Shown here: positions 27,874 through 38,873 of the stretch, piece after piece
Position numbering within the stretch: position 1 is the first letter of the stretch
Layout of the letters: every line of letters begins with the position of its first letter
IMG/VR virus record: IMGVR_UViG_3300035698_004085
Location: 1 to 64,000 of that record
Strand: one strand, 5' to 3'
Length of the DNA stretch: 64,000 bases
Source of the DNA: a virus
The notes under the pieces: model-generated
The model's database searches: none
What the model saw: only the letters and a program-made list of their open reading frames with translations
What the model was told of the DNA's origin: nothing
Translations under genes and position numbers: made by a program

Positions 27874-30659
27874 TGATTATTGACCTTCAAAAATTGGAAG
27901 AGATTAAGCATCAGTTTGCTGAGTTGGGCAGAACTGTTTCTGATGTTTCTTCTAGTACTGAAGCGTCTTCTAAGGTTGCTTTATTAGCTGTTAACGAGCT
28001 TCAAGAGGCTATTTTTAGTGCAATTAACTTTGAGCAGCTAGGTAAGGTGGCTGATTCAGTTAATGAGATTGCTGACTACGCTGAGGATTTTTCAAATATA
28101 GTTGATTCTTTAACTGAGAGTTTTTCAGGATTTGATGCTTTTAGCGACGCACTGGGGGAAGCGTCGGTTAAGTTTTCTAAGGTCGCTGCTGACCTTGATG
28201 ACCTCTATAATAAGAAAGGTCCTGTAGACTCGGCAGGGATGCCTGGAAAGAAGAAGAGTGCTAAAAAGACAAGAATGCCTAAGATGCTTAAGAAAGAGCT
28301 TTCAGGCGTCAAGGGTAAAGCCGGATCGCTTCTGAGTACTCTTAAGATTCCCAAGCCTGGAATGATTGCTGCTGGTCTTTTGGGATTAATGGCTTATGGA
28401 GTTAAGGAGCAGCAAAGAGTCGCTGCTGAAGCTGGAGAGGTCAGGAACATACTGATCACAACCTATGACGGGTTGTCTAAAGACATTGTTAGTAAGGGCA
28501 CTAGTTATATATCTTCATTTCAAGAGCACTTACAAAAAGCTTATGGTATTGCTAAAGGAGAAGTTCAAGATGTAGCAAAAACATTTGCTAAGGCGGGAAT
28601 TAGTATTGAGGAGATGCTTCAAGGCGTTGATAAGGAGTTAGGGCTAGTTGGGAAATCCTATATCTCGTTTACGCTAGGCGTTGATAAGATGCTTGAGCTG
28701 GCTGGCGGGTCTACGGCTCAGAAGATGGTAGACTATGCTAATAAGTATGGAATGAGTTTTAAGGAGTCTAAAGCTACTATTATGCGTATGGTAGATTTGG
28801 GGCAGCAGTCCGGTATTGGAACTATGCAGTTTATGAAAAATATTGAGACTGCAGGAGACGCTTTAGGAAAGTTAGGATTTAAATTGTCGTCGGTTATAGA
28901 TTTGGCGACAACTTTACAAGAGTCTTTTGAGAAAATAGGCGTTCCTAAACATTTGGCTGGTAAGCAAACCGCCGTAGGGCTTCAACAGATGGCTCAGGGT
29001 CTTTCTCAGATGTCTGATGGTTGGAAGGCTCTAATGGGGGAAGAACTAGGCTATGGCAGCGGTCTAGAAGCCGTACAAGGGTTTAATGAGCGGTTTCTGG
29101 AGTTGTCTAAAGGTGGAGAGAGCGGAGCTGAGGATTTTGATAAGTTTTTAACTACTATTGTTGATAGAGTTGGCACAGCCGTTGGTGGAGATGAAGTTAG
29201 GCAACGTTCTATTTTAGAAAAAGACTTGGGCATGGGTTTTGAAGGTGCAATGATTGCGACTAGACTTGTGAAGGCTATTAAAGCTGGAGATAAAAATAAG
29301 GCTAAAGAGCTTAGAAAGGAGCTAAAGAAGGAGATAAAGAATTCTTTTGAGACTGAGAAAGAAAAGAGAAAAGCTTGGGAACTCCACATGAATCAGTGGA
29401 TGAAGGCTTTGTCAGAAATAGGGCAAGGTCTTTTAGGTCTTGTGTTAGAGGCGCTTGCTTCAATGATAGCTTATGTAAAGTCCGTTCCTGAGTTGTTTAT
29501 GAATATGCTTGAGGGTGGGAAAAAGGGAGCGTTAGCAAATGAGGCGTTAAGGAAGAAGATTGCTGGAGTTTCTTCAGGAGCGGGGGCACACGCTGCGAAG
29601 ATTAAAAAGGCGTGGAAAAAACTAGGAAAGCACGGTAAATCATTATTAGGAGATGCAATAGGCTCATCGATGGATAACCTGGAAGCTGCTATTAATTTCA
29701 ACCCTTCTGTAACTGCAATTGGTAAGCTAGGTAGTGCTGGTAAGTCTAGCGTTCCTTCGTCTAGGGTGCAGCTGGTCCCTGTAGCAGCCGGTCGAGTTGG
29801 ATCATCAGCGTCGGGCTTTGGCGGATCGCGTTCTAACGCTTCGTCTGTTGCTGGCTCTCAGGTTGCACCATCATTAATTGGCTCGTCGGATGAGGGAGAC
29901 ATAGATAGTGATTGGGAGAGCGAGTCATCGTGGAAAGGCGAGCGTCCTCTTCAGATTGTGTCTCATGGTGTTTCAGATGAGGGTAATATTAGTATTGCTT
30001 TGGTAGGTGACTGTCCAAGGTGTGCGTTAGCTTTTGACGGTGGCAATAACGAAGACATATCTGAAAAAAGTATTAATGCTGGCGGTTCGAGTGACTTAGA
30101 TGTTTTAGCTAAAATGTTGTTTTCAGAGGGAGGTCCTGGGAAAATAAATGCGAGGGGTGGAAGTAAGGAGCTAGCTGGTATTGCCTTTACTGCATTGAAT
30201 AGGAAGAAGTTAAGGGGTAGGCACCAAGGAAAGAGCCTATCAGATATTATTACTAATAAGTTAGGTTATGGTAAGCAGGGTGGTAGAAAAGGTCATAGCA
30301 GGGAGTATGCGACGGCGCGTAAGGTTACTGAAAAAAATAGGGCTGAGTATGATCAGGTAAGGGATCTTGCTGGCGATATTTTAGCAGGAGATGTTGAGAA
30401 TCCTGTAGGAAAAGCTACTATGTTCCTCCATAATACTTTTGGGCAAGGCTATGGATCAAGAAAACATCCTGAAACTCGTAAGGCTCTTGCCCCTTTTGCA
30501 GATCCTAATAAGTCAGATAGTGTAAATACGGAAAATATTAAAACTGCTAGATTCTATGCAGAAAAAGGCAGGGGGAAAGATGCGCCTGAAAGAGGAAGAA
30601 AAGATGCAGCGTATAACGCTAAGTTTAATAAAGTACGTAGCGAAGGTGGATTACGGTAA
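27873..30659 (+). CDS. Tape measure-like protein 2 with C-terminal SleB/Hydrolase_2 cell wall hydrolase domain
   Basis: Collinear similarity to the previous gene; C-terminal DLDVLAKMLFSEGG...GIAFTALNR...NPVGKATMF. Confidence 0.7.
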   Translation: MIIDLQKLEEIKHQFAELGRTVSDVSSSTEASSKVALLAVNELQEAIFSAINFEQLGKVADSVNEIADYAEDFSNIVDSLTESFSGFDAFSDALGEASVKFSKVAADLDDLYNKKGPVDSAGMPGKKKSAKKTRMPKMLKKELSGVKGKAGSLLSTLKIPKPGMIAAGLLGLMAYGVKEQQRVAAEAGEVRNILITTYDGLSKDIVSKGTSYISSFQEHLQKAYGIAKGEVQDVAKTFAKAGISIEEMLQGVDKELGLVGKSYISFTLGVDKMLELAGGSTAQKMVDYANKYGMSFKESKATIMRMVDLGQQSGIGTMQFMKNIETAGDALGKLGFKLSSVIDLATTLQESFEKIGVPKHLAGKQTAVGLQQMAQGLSQMSDGWKALMGEELGYGSGLEAVQGFNERFLELSKGGESGAEDFDKFLTTIVDRVGTAVGGDEVRQRSILEKDLGMGFEGAMIATRLVKAIKAGDKNKAKELRKELKKEIKNSFETEKEKRKAWELHMNQWMKALSEIGQGLLGLVLEALASMIAYVKSVPELFMNMLEGGKKGALANEALRKKIAGVSSGAGAHAAKIKKAWKKLGKHGKSLLGDAIGSSMDNLEAAINFNPSVTAIGKLGSAGKSSVPSSRVQLVPVAAGRVGSSASGFGGSRSNASSVAGSQVAPSLIGSSDEGDIDSDWESESSWKGERPLQIVSHGVSDEGNISIALVGDCPRCALAFDGGNNEDISEKSINAGGSSDLDVLAKMLFSEGGPGKINARGGSKELAGIAFTALNRKKLRGRHQGKSLSDIITNKLGYGKQGGRKGHSREYATARKVTEKNRAEYDQVRDLAGDILAGDVENPVGKATMFLHNTFGQGYGSRKHPETRKALAPFADPNKSDSVNTENIKTARFYAEKGRGKDAPERGRKDAAYNAKFNKVRSEGGLR

Positions 30660-30721
30660 AATAGGAAGTCGGAGTATATTGTATTAATCTTGGATTATAT
30701 GCAGTAAAATAAGGATGAAAA

Positions 30722-31483
30722 ATGTCAGGTGAAGCAAGAAGTGTGGTATCTAATTTTGCGATGGTTTTAGAGAAGGCGTTTAACCCTTACGACGATAAGT
30801 CTATAAGAGTGCCGTTTTACCTAACCTCGTCTTATAGAAAGCGTTTGGGGGTTCCTGGTGTCTCAATGGTCGTAAACCCATCTAGCGTATCGTTTCGTCA
30901 AGCTAAGAGGACAACTCAAAGGGATACTCAAGGTGGAAAGGTCTATTATCACTGGGCTAACCAATTGGGGCGGAACAATGACGTTTTAGAGATGGATTTT
31001 GTAGGCACTACGGGTAACCTAAATCTTCAAAATGGTACTATTGCAACTACGGCTGTTGGTGGCAACAATATATTTGGAGGTGCTACAGACTGGTTAAATG
31101 AAAAAGCAGCGGCTACTACGGACGCACAAGACGATAATCCTGCTTCAGTTAGGCTACAAGGATCTGGTTATTCTGTTTCGTCTGCAAAGAAGCTTGCTAA
31201 TTTTATGAATTTGTATTCATTGACTCGTGAGCCTATGACAGATCCTAAAACTGGCGCTCCAGTTCTTTATTACATTGCTTATAGTAGTCCTTTATTTGGG
31301 AATACATTTGTTAATTTTATTGGACACTTTAATAGGGTTATGGATATTACGGACGATGCAAGTGATCCGTTTAGGAAGAGTTATAGTTTTGGATTTACGG
31401 CTATCGCTTCAACCCCTTCAATGGACTATGTGTATTCAACGGTCGTAAATAACCTAAAATCCATATTTTCTAATCCTATTTAA
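30722..31483 (+). CDS. Baseplate tube-initiator-like protein
   Basis: VNPSSVSF...K.....TQGG...HW and F.GHF motifs; after the tape measure genes. Confidence 0.6.
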   Translation: MSGEARSVVSNFAMVLEKAFNPYDDKSIRVPFYLTSSYRKRLGVPGVSMVVNPSSVSFRQAKRTTQRDTQGGKVYYHWANQLGRNNDVLEMDFVGTTGNLNLQNGTIATTAVGGNNIFGGATDWLNEKAAATTDAQDDNPASVRLQGSGYSVSSAKKLANFMNLYSLTREPMTDPKTGAPVLYYIAYSSPLFGNTFVNFIGHFNRVMDITDDASDPFRKSYSFGFTAIASTPSMDYVYSTVVNNLKSIFSNPI

Positions 31484-31492
31484 GGCGGTAGT

Positions 31493-34201
31493 ATGACTGA
31501 CCAACTAATAAATGAACTTTCTACCGACAGCATTAATAGGGTTGGGTTTCCTTTATGTAAGGTTTTTATCTATGGTCAAGAGGTTACGCCTGATATTATC
31601 AGCGTTAGGGTTAATCAAGCTGGCGGAAGCACAGAGAGAACTCCGGGAACTTGTACTATTGCTATTGCTAACCCTAAAGATAAGTATATATTGCATCATC
31701 AGGATATTGTAAGTATTGCTAAGAAGAAGGGTTGGCTATCAGGAAGTTGGTCAGACTTTGATTCAACTCATATGACTTCGGATTATACTAATCCTAATTT
31801 GGGAGTTTTGAGCGAAGAAACAAATGTTAATAATCTAAAATTAGCAGGTGGAAGTCTAGATCTTCCTGGCATTGTGTTGGATGAGCTGGCAGCTAGGTTG
31901 TCTGAGGCAAGTGATGATGAGCTACATGTTATTATTCAATCAGTTTTACTGGAAAACTTGGATGGAGGAACTGCTGTTGACATAAGTCTTTCAGAAGCTC
32001 AAGCGTTATCTAAATTGATAATAGCAAATAGGCAGAGTACGTCGAGCCAAGCTGTTGATGCTGGATTGCCAACTGATGCGTGGGAAGGGCTTGATCTAAC
32101 TTATAAAGTAAAACAAGAGGTTGTTACTCAGAAGTTAGAATATACGCAGACATTAAAGAGTGACGAGGCTAATGCTTATAGCAGTGACCTACTTGTTCAG
32201 GAAGATCGGTTAATTTATGACTATCCAATGTCTGAAGGTGATTGTGTATTTAATTTGAATGATCCTGTTAGAGTTGCATTTAGAGATCCTTTTGACCCTC
32301 GTATTTGGTATTGGATGTTTACTGGGTTTGTCGATACCTGGACTGACGACGCGGGTACTAATTTTGATTCTATTATTTCAATCAATTGTACAGACGTTAC
32401 GAAGATGGCTAGATATTCGCTAGCTGAGATAAAGACGGGACTTTTGGATGCTAACATAGAATCTATTATTAATGGAGTTACTACAGAGGATAAGAAAGTT
32501 GCAGATACTGGAGTGCCTGCGGCTAATGAGATTTTTTCTTATCTTAGTATTCCTGAAATTTTAGAGATTATCTTTTTTGGATCTGACTCTGCAAAAACGT
32601 TAGTAGCTAATAGTGGGTTAGCAATGGCTGAGACGGTGGATGACTTGTTAGCTGATAACCTTTTTGAAACATTGAGCGCTGAGGAGTGGGAATCTAAGTT
32701 TATGGCTCAGTTTAACTTTTCTAGAGAAGAGGTACAGAGTTTTATGCCTTCTGCTGATATTCTTGTAGATGTTTCTGCCTCGGGGGGGTATTCTGTTGGT
32801 GATATTAGCGACATTTCGTGGTCTACTATTAAGAATAAGGTAGCAGATGCTTATACGGTTCAATCGTTAAAGAGAATAAATCCGTTAAGCTGGTATGGTA
32901 TTTCTTCTCCTAGAGATGTTTCATTCAAACGCAGTAGCCCAGGTAGAGGATTGCACATATACGTGTACGGAGAGCCTAGCGCTGCCGATAATGCCTACGG
33001 AGCAACCCCTTTAAAAGATTTGTTTACTCTTAACGAGGAAATCCATCACAGGGTTAGAGAATCAGATCTTAAGGTGATGTCTGCGGCTTCTTCAAATGAG
33101 TATGATACTTTATATGAGATTAATCAGTCTGTAACCTTTGAGTCTCCTAATGCTATTGAAAAGGTAATTAGTAAGATTGGAACTGATTTAACTAATTATC
33201 CTGTGGGGCATGGCAGAGTTATCTATGTAGCTCCTGCCAAGATGGATTCTATAAGCGGAGAGAGCATTCTAGATCGCGGCATGGGTGGAGTTGGGTCTAT
33301 GCACTCAGTCTTTAAGGATCGATTGACTTACTTGTATGACTTAGCAGACATAGTAGAATGGCGGTTTTACGCATCTCCTAGGGGTGATGTTCTATTTGAA
33401 ATGCCATTTTATGATTTTGAACCAGATGCTTTTTTTGAGAGTAGTCAGCAGTCAGAGGATCTGGGAGATACCTATAAGGACAAGACTTTTATTTATGAGT
33501 CTACGTTTGGTGAGCAGTATGCAGGTGACTATGATGAAAATGCAGATGACCTTACCACTATGGCGATGGATTTAAACGCTACTGAGAGTGATATTGATTT
33601 TACAACTACTCCAGTTTTTGATTATAGATCTCACTTTACTATTGAGATACATGAGCAATCCGGTTATAGTAATACAAATACAGATAAGGGAATAATAACT
33701 GTATACAGAGCTAAGGACAATATTGTAGCTAGCTTGGAGCAAGTGAACAATAACGAAGATATTAAGAAGTTCTACTATGCTCCTGATAAGGCGTTAATCC
33801 CTACTCTTGGTTTTAGAATCGAGCAGGGTAATCTGTGGTCGTTTGCTCAGGGAGCTTCGGCTGCTGAGATGTACAGCGCTCTTCAACTAAATAAATTGAA
33901 TTCTTCTGCCAGAAATATAGGTCTTCCTACGCTTCCTAAATTTGGATTGATGGTGAATCGTCCGCTTTACTGGGTTTATAGAAATTATTATGCAAATATC
34001 GTTAGCCTGAATCATAGCTTAGTCTGGAATAGTGATGTTAATACTTCAATAAATCTGAATCAGGTTAGAGCTTGGTCAGGAGCGGTTGACGACAAGAACA
34101 AACCTATTTATCGTCACTTCGGCGATTCTAATCGCCCGTTCAACATGGTTGAGATGTTGTCTAAGGCTAAGTCTAAAGACAATCAGAATAGCGGGGTATA
34201 G
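31493..34201 (+). CDS. Baseplate hub protein (T4 gp27-like)
   Basis: CKVFIYG.EV, MFTGFVD, I.CTD.TK and FYASPRGDVLF..P.YD motifs; position. Confidence 0.65.
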   Translation: MTDQLINELSTDSINRVGFPLCKVFIYGQEVTPDIISVRVNQAGGSTERTPGTCTIAIANPKDKYILHHQDIVSIAKKKGWLSGSWSDFDSTHMTSDYTNPNLGVLSEETNVNNLKLAGGSLDLPGIVLDELAARLSEASDDELHVIIQSVLLENLDGGTAVDISLSEAQALSKLIIANRQSTSSQAVDAGLPTDAWEGLDLTYKVKQEVVTQKLEYTQTLKSDEANAYSSDLLVQEDRLIYDYPMSEGDCVFNLNDPVRVAFRDPFDPRIWYWMFTGFVDTWTDDAGTNFDSIISINCTDVTKMARYSLAEIKTGLLDANIESIINGVTTEDKKVADTGVPAANEIFSYLSIPEILEIIFFGSDSAKTLVANSGLAMAETVDDLLADNLFETLSAEEWESKFMAQFNFSREEVQSFMPSADILVDVSASGGYSVGDISDISWSTIKNKVADAYTVQSLKRINPLSWYGISSPRDVSFKRSSPGRGLHIYVYGEPSAADNAYGATPLKDLFTLNEEIHHRVRESDLKVMSAASSNEYDTLYEINQSVTFESPNAIEKVISKIGTDLTNYPVGHGRVIYVAPAKMDSISGESILDRGMGGVGSMHSVFKDRLTYLYDLADIVEWRFYASPRGDVLFEMPFYDFEPDAFFESSQQSEDLGDTYKDKTFIYESTFGEQYAGDYDENADDLTTMAMDLNATESDIDFTTTPVFDYRSHFTIEIHEQSGYSNTNTDKGIITVYRAKDNIVASLEQVNNNEDIKKFYYAPDKALIPTLGFRIEQGNLWSFAQGASAAEMYSALQLNKLNSSARNIGLPTLPKFGLMVNRPLYWVYRNYYANIVSLNHSLVWNSDVNTSINLNQVRAWSGAVDDKNKPIYRHFGDSNRPFNMVEMLSKAKSKDNQNSGV

Positions 34202-34205
34202 AGAT

Positions 34206-35489
34206 ATGGGATTTAATACTGTACTACCGGGAGCTAGCGCTTTTAGAACCAGGGAAAGAAGCCATGAGTCTCTAGCTTATTCAGTGCATAGAGCGAGGGT
34301 AACTGAAGTTTATATAAATAAAGGGTCTGTTAGGGTTGAGTTGGAGACAGTTAGCTACAATGCTGAGGTTCTATTTCCTTTGGTTGGTCTATCTGCGCCT
34401 CCTAGTTTGACTGAGGAAGGTAAAGCTAATTTTAAGCAGGCTTCTTGGGGGAGGTATATTCCTCAAGTTGGAGATATGATGTTAGTAGCTTTTGGCGCTA
34501 ACATGGAGTTGTATGCTCTAGGGTATACGGCTGTCTTTTATCCAGGGTTTGACATAGCTGACGAACAGAACGAAACAACTGGCGGAATTGGTTGGGGAGA
34601 TATTTCTGCAAAAGAGATGAAGCCTGGGGATTGGGATTTTAAATCAGCTAGAAATGCTTCATTGTATTTAGGAGAGAAAGCTAAGATAGCTTCTGGTACG
34701 TGTTCATCCACCTATAATCAGAGTACTCAGGATATAACGAATACTGCTACGCTGCATATGGATAAGTCTGGATCTTCTACTAGGTTATTTGGAGCTGTAA
34801 GAAGGTTTCTGCTACCAACTGATTCTGAGGAGACATACGTTCCTTCAGGTAGGGGCATTACCTACGCACAGGAGCATACAACATCCGTTAAATGGGACGG
34901 TATTCCTGGAGGAGCTGAGTTAGCTAGGTTGTCTATGGGTGACGTAATGGACGATAGCATACCGTCTGTGATGCTCAAGCTTTCTACGTTTGGTCAGCCA
35001 ACTCGTCGCCATTTTTCTGCTAATGATTTTTCAGGGCTTGTTCCTGTTTATGACGAAATTACTGATTGCCTGGGTAACTATGAAGTATTGTCCGTTACTG
35101 GTACTAATTTTATGTGGACAACTGCTCTGGCAAGTTGGAATATAACCAACTTGAATACTACGTTGAATTCTAGCGCTGCTATAAGCCTGACATCTGGCGC
35201 AGCGATGACTCTTAATTCTGGGGCTGCTCTTAGTCTTACGTCTACTGGAAATACGGTGATAACGGCTCCCGTTACTCAGATAGGGAGCGCTGCGGCTTCA
35301 AGTCCTGCAGTTAAGGGCACTGAATATTTGGCAGCGTTTAATGCTTTTTTGACGGCTGTAGTGAGCGCAACTGCGGTAGTGGGGACTGCTCCTCAGAATG
35401 CTACAGCACTAACAGCTATTGGGGCAGCTGCAACAGCATTACAGTCATTAATAGGAAATACAGTTTCAAGTAAGGTATTGGTGGAATAA
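34206..35489 (+). CDS. Baseplate central spike (gpV/gp5-like)
   Basis: OB-fold RARVTEV...IPQVGD..LVAF; C-terminal beta-helix repeats and IGS.AAS.PAVKG; ATG at 34206 preferred. Confidence 0.7.
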   Translation: MGFNTVLPGASAFRTRERSHESLAYSVHRARVTEVYINKGSVRVELETVSYNAEVLFPLVGLSAPPSLTEEGKANFKQASWGRYIPQVGDMMLVAFGANMELYALGYTAVFYPGFDIADEQNETTGGIGWGDISAKEMKPGDWDFKSARNASLYLGEKAKIASGTCSSTYNQSTQDITNTATLHMDKSGSSTRLFGAVRRFLLPTDSEETYVPSGRGITYAQEHTTSVKWDGIPGGAELARLSMGDVMDDSIPSVMLKLSTFGQPTRRHFSANDFSGLVPVYDEITDCLGNYEVLSVTGTNFMWTTALASWNITNLNTTLNSSAAISLTSGAAMTLNSGAALSLTSTGNTVITAPVTQIGSAAASSPAVKGTEYLAAFNAFLTAVVSATAVVGTAPQNATALTAIGAAATALQSLIGNTVSSKVLVE

Positions 35490-35983
35490 TGAGTTTATTA
35501 ACTACAATAGCAGTTTGTATTGCAAGATGGCTATACGAGCAAGCTTCTGCTATCCTTCAAGCTCTTCGTGCATTTGTTGAAATGCTGATAGCAATGATTG
35601 ATGCTCAGATTTTAGCGTTACGCGCAATTATTGCTATGCTTGATCTTGCTAAATTTGTTGAGGAGCAAGTATGGAGTAGGGTTGAGGCTGTTATTGACCA
35701 GATTAGAAATGCTTTAATGGCTGGGTTGCCGGGTCCTGGACAGGATCTATGTCCTGAGTTTTATGCTGCATTTAGCAATCCTGCTTTGGCTTTATTGGAA
35801 GCTGCCTTGGCTGCGTTTATGCCGTACAAGGATAGATGGTTATCTTTTGTTTCTTTAACTGACAGGTTTGACCAGTTATTAACTTATTGGACAGCAACTA
35901 AACAACAACTGTTAGCGATGTTAGACGTTATCGATGACGCACTATATCAAGCGTTGATGGATGAGGCACACTCAATCGAGTAA
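35489..35983 (+). CDS. Hypothetical helical baseplate-region protein
   Basis: 164 aa ORF coupled by a TAATG overlap. Confidence 0.5.
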   Translation: MSLLTTIAVCIARWLYEQASAILQALRAFVEMLIAMIDAQILALRAIIAMLDLAKFVEEQVWSRVEAVIDQIRNALMAGLPGPGQDLCPEFYAAFSNPALALLEAALAAFMPYKDRWLSFVSLTDRFDQLLTYWTATKQQLLAMLDVIDDALYQALMDEAHSIE

Positions 35984-35996
35984 AAAGGTTTGAAAA

Positions 35997-36437
35997 ATGG
36001 CTAAGACTTTAGAATGGGCTAATGGAGATATGGTAAGATCGGGGAATAATCAGGGATATTCTTATATTGCTGATAAAGCTAAAACTCAACAAGATGTTGA
36101 ATTAGTGTTAACGACCGATACTCGAAAGTCAACAGGTTTAGGCTGTGGGCTTGATTCACTGATTGGAGATGAGACTATGAGCGCGTTAGAATCATATTCT
36201 CAATTCCCAATTATGTTTGATTTTCAAACGGCTGTTAGGGTTGGCTTAAGCAGATTAAAGGGAGCACAGAGGCGATATTTGTTTGATAAGCGCACGCCAC
36301 AAGAGGTCCTTTATGATTTTTCTCCAGTAGATATGCAGATTGATACGAGTGATTTTAGGAATTTTAAATGGAGACTAGACATTTTGACGGAGGATGGAAC
36401 TTTTGATTTCTCCGTCTCCGGCAGTACTAGGAGTTAA
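35997..36437 (+). CDS. Baseplate wedge/sheath initiator (gp25/gpW-like)
   Basis: K..QDV...L.T....G.G.GLDSLIG and D.RNF motifs; precedes the J-like gene. Confidence 0.65.
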   Translation: MAKTLEWANGDMVRSGNNQGYSYIADKAKTQQDVELVLTTDTRKSTGLGCGLDSLIGDETMSALESYSQFPIMFDFQTAVRVGLSRLKGAQRRYLFDKRTPQEVLYDFSPVDMQIDTSDFRNFKWRLDILTEDGTFDFSVSGSTRS

Positions 36438-36439
36438 TA

Positions 36440-37864
36440 ATGCCTGTTGAACGAATTACGTCAGATACTTTTGCCTCGCAATTAGTCTTAGGTATTAATA
36501 GTCGAGATGCTACGATAGATACAAGAATCGGCGGTGTTAGGGATATATTTATAGATCCTCTTTCTGAGGTGTTAGAGAATCAGAATGATAGGGTTGTATA
36601 CTTAAATAACCTATTCAGCTTGAAAAACGCAGGTAAATTAGTACCAGACGATGTTGACGATTTAGTATATAATGAGGGTATTGTTAGGTGGAGTGGCTCA
36701 AGATCTATGACTACGCTTACGTTCTCTCGTACAACGCCCCCTACGGTGGATATAACGGTTCCTATCAGCTTTCCGGTATCAACAACCGTTACTGCGGCTA
36801 CGGGCGTCTCAGTGGTGTTTAGAACGATTGAGACAAAGACTATGTATGCTGCTTCAGCAAGCAGTTACTATAATGCGGATACTGGAAAATACGAATTAGA
36901 AGTTTCATCAGCTAGTATTACTTTAGGGATTTCAGCTCAGGTAGGAGCCTTTACGGTTACTCAAATGAGGCGTCCACTAGCTCAATTCGAAGAAGTAACT
37001 AATACAGTGGTTACTTCTTCAGGTAAGAGTCTTGAAACTAATACAGAGATGGCAGATAGGTATCTGTTACATATTGAAGGATCACAACTAGGATCTCCTG
37101 CTGGTTTAAAAAGCTTTCTTTTGGATACGATAAGCACTGTTGAAGACGCATATATTGTGTATGGAGAGAATACGTCATTAACTCGTGAGCAAGACGATGC
37201 TGGCGCGGTAGATGTTTGGGTTAAGGGATCTATTCCTACGGCTCGCACTTACGTTACTTTGTATAATGGAACTGCGACTTTAAATGCTGTAGACTTTCAA
37301 CCACTCATAAGTGTGTCTTCTGTTTCATCTGTAGCTACGGGGCTTACTTATACAGAGGGAACTGATTATCTTGTGGAAACAGGAGTTGGTGAATACGCAT
37401 ATAGTAAATTAGCGGCTGATGGTATTAGGTGGATTTCTGGTGGATCTCACCCTGCGGTTGGAGATGATCTTGTTATAGTCTATACTTATAATTCTCTTAT
37501 GAATATTTTGACTGCGTTCTTTAAGCAGGGCGAGTACTATTCTTTTGGGTCTGATAGATTGTTTAGGTGGGCACAAGCTCTTTATTTGGAGATTGAAGCG
37601 ACGTTAAAGGTTCGCTCAGGTAATCCTAGTGTTGTTTTAGCCCTGGTTAGAAATGCCGTGTTGACTTATGTAAATGCTTTGAAGTTGAATGATAACGTAG
37701 AAGAATTTGACGTCGATATTTTGGTAGGAAAAATTTATGGGGTTGATAATTGGACGTGGACAACGCTTGCGGTTACAGACGGAACTGGAGTTTCTGACAT
37801 TGAGGTTTCTCCAAAGAATTATGCTCAATTGTTAGAAGCTGATTTTGTTATTAATTTGTCATAG
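36440..37864 (+). CDS. Baseplate J-like wedge protein
   Basis: D...G.VRDIFIDP, SG...ETN.E...R and GAVDVWVKG motifs. Confidence 0.8.
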   Translation: MPVERITSDTFASQLVLGINSRDATIDTRIGGVRDIFIDPLSEVLENQNDRVVYLNNLFSLKNAGKLVPDDVDDLVYNEGIVRWSGSRSMTTLTFSRTTPPTVDITVPISFPVSTTVTAATGVSVVFRTIETKTMYAASASSYYNADTGKYELEVSSASITLGISAQVGAFTVTQMRRPLAQFEEVTNTVVTSSGKSLETNTEMADRYLLHIEGSQLGSPAGLKSFLLDTISTVEDAYIVYGENTSLTREQDDAGAVDVWVKGSIPTARTYVTLYNGTATLNAVDFQPLISVSSVSSVATGLTYTEGTDYLVETGVGEYAYSKLAADGIRWISGGSHPAVGDDLVIVYTYNSLMNILTAFFKQGEYYSFGSDRLFRWAQALYLEIEATLKVRSGNPSVVLALVRNAVLTYVNALKLNDNVEEFDVDILVGKIYGVDNWTWTTLAVTDGTGVSDIEVSPKNYAQLLEADFVINLS

Positions 37865-37874
37865 GGGTTATTAG

Positions 37875-38873
37875 ATGGCTAAGTTCCAGACATTCACATA
37901 CGGCTCGTCAGTGTTGTACGGGCTTTATCCGGTAATTGATTTAATTAACCCTACGAGTGGTCCCGTTAGTGGAGGTCAGCCGTTCGTTATTCGAGGTGAC
38001 GGCTTTGACTATGATGATTTTAACGATGATTTTACTGCTGGTGTTTTAAACCTAGCTAAATGGCTGGATATAAGTTCTGGTACGGGTACTGTTGCAACCG
38101 GAAGCTCTCATCTACAATTAAATACTGGCGCTACTGCTGGATCTGTTGCAGGGGTAGAATCATTAAGACCTTTTGTTAACGCTCAATATGAAGCAAGAGT
38201 AAACGTTCCTACTATCTCAGCGTACCCTACTTCATCTGTAGAGCTAGTAAAGCTCTCTTTGTACATTGACGCTAATAATCACGCTGACCTAACTATAAAT
38301 TTAGGAACGTCATCTTCTGACTTGACTTTAGACTGTGATATTTATGTCGGTGGAGTTTTGCTAGAGACTTATTCAACAAGTTGGACTACGGGACTATCTA
38401 CTTTTAAGTTATTGAGGTGGACTAGCGATGTATACTTTTACGCTAATGGTTCTCTAATTTTTAAAAGTGAGAAGTTTACGGCTACAACTGGTACGTATCG
38501 AGTATATTCTTATAACGGAGGTGCCGCTTATAGTATTGTCAATACAGTGGTTGAGAGCATGAACTATGTGCCTTTTGTTGTGTTTGATAATGCGGTTGTT
38601 CATGATTTGTTAGTAGTAAGTAACCAGCGTGCTAGGGGTTTGACTCCACCTAGTTTAGATAAGAAAGACCGAAGTGAAGGCTATGCGGGGCTTGTAGATG
38701 TTTCTATAGTGGGCGGGATAACGGTTACTACTGCTGACTTGTATACGTACTACTATGAAGACGTGCTAACGCTTATGGATAATGAACAGTTTGGGGTAAA
38801 ATTGTCTGATATAACGGATTCTACAGTGAGAACTCCTACAAACGTTTCTAGAGGATTAGGAGGAGGTAAATAA
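37875..38873 (+). CDS. Virion protein with IPT/TIG and lectin-like domains
   Basis: P.I..INPTSGP.SGG....IRG.GF IPT start; lectin-like insert. Confidence 0.55.
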   Translation: MAKFQTFTYGSSVLYGLYPVIDLINPTSGPVSGGQPFVIRGDGFDYDDFNDDFTAGVLNLAKWLDISSGTGTVATGSSHLQLNTGATAGSVAGVESLRPFVNAQYEARVNVPTISAYPTSSVELVKLSLYIDANNHADLTINLGTSSSDLTLDCDIYVGGVLLETYSTSWTTGLSTFKLLRWTSDVYFYANGSLIFKSEKFTATTGTYRVYSYNGGAAYSIVNTVVESMNYVPFVVFDNAVVHDLLVVSNQRARGLTPPSLDKKDRSEGYAGLVDVSIVGGITVTTADLYTYYYEDVLTLMDNEQFGVKLSDITDSTVRTPTNVSRGLGGGK

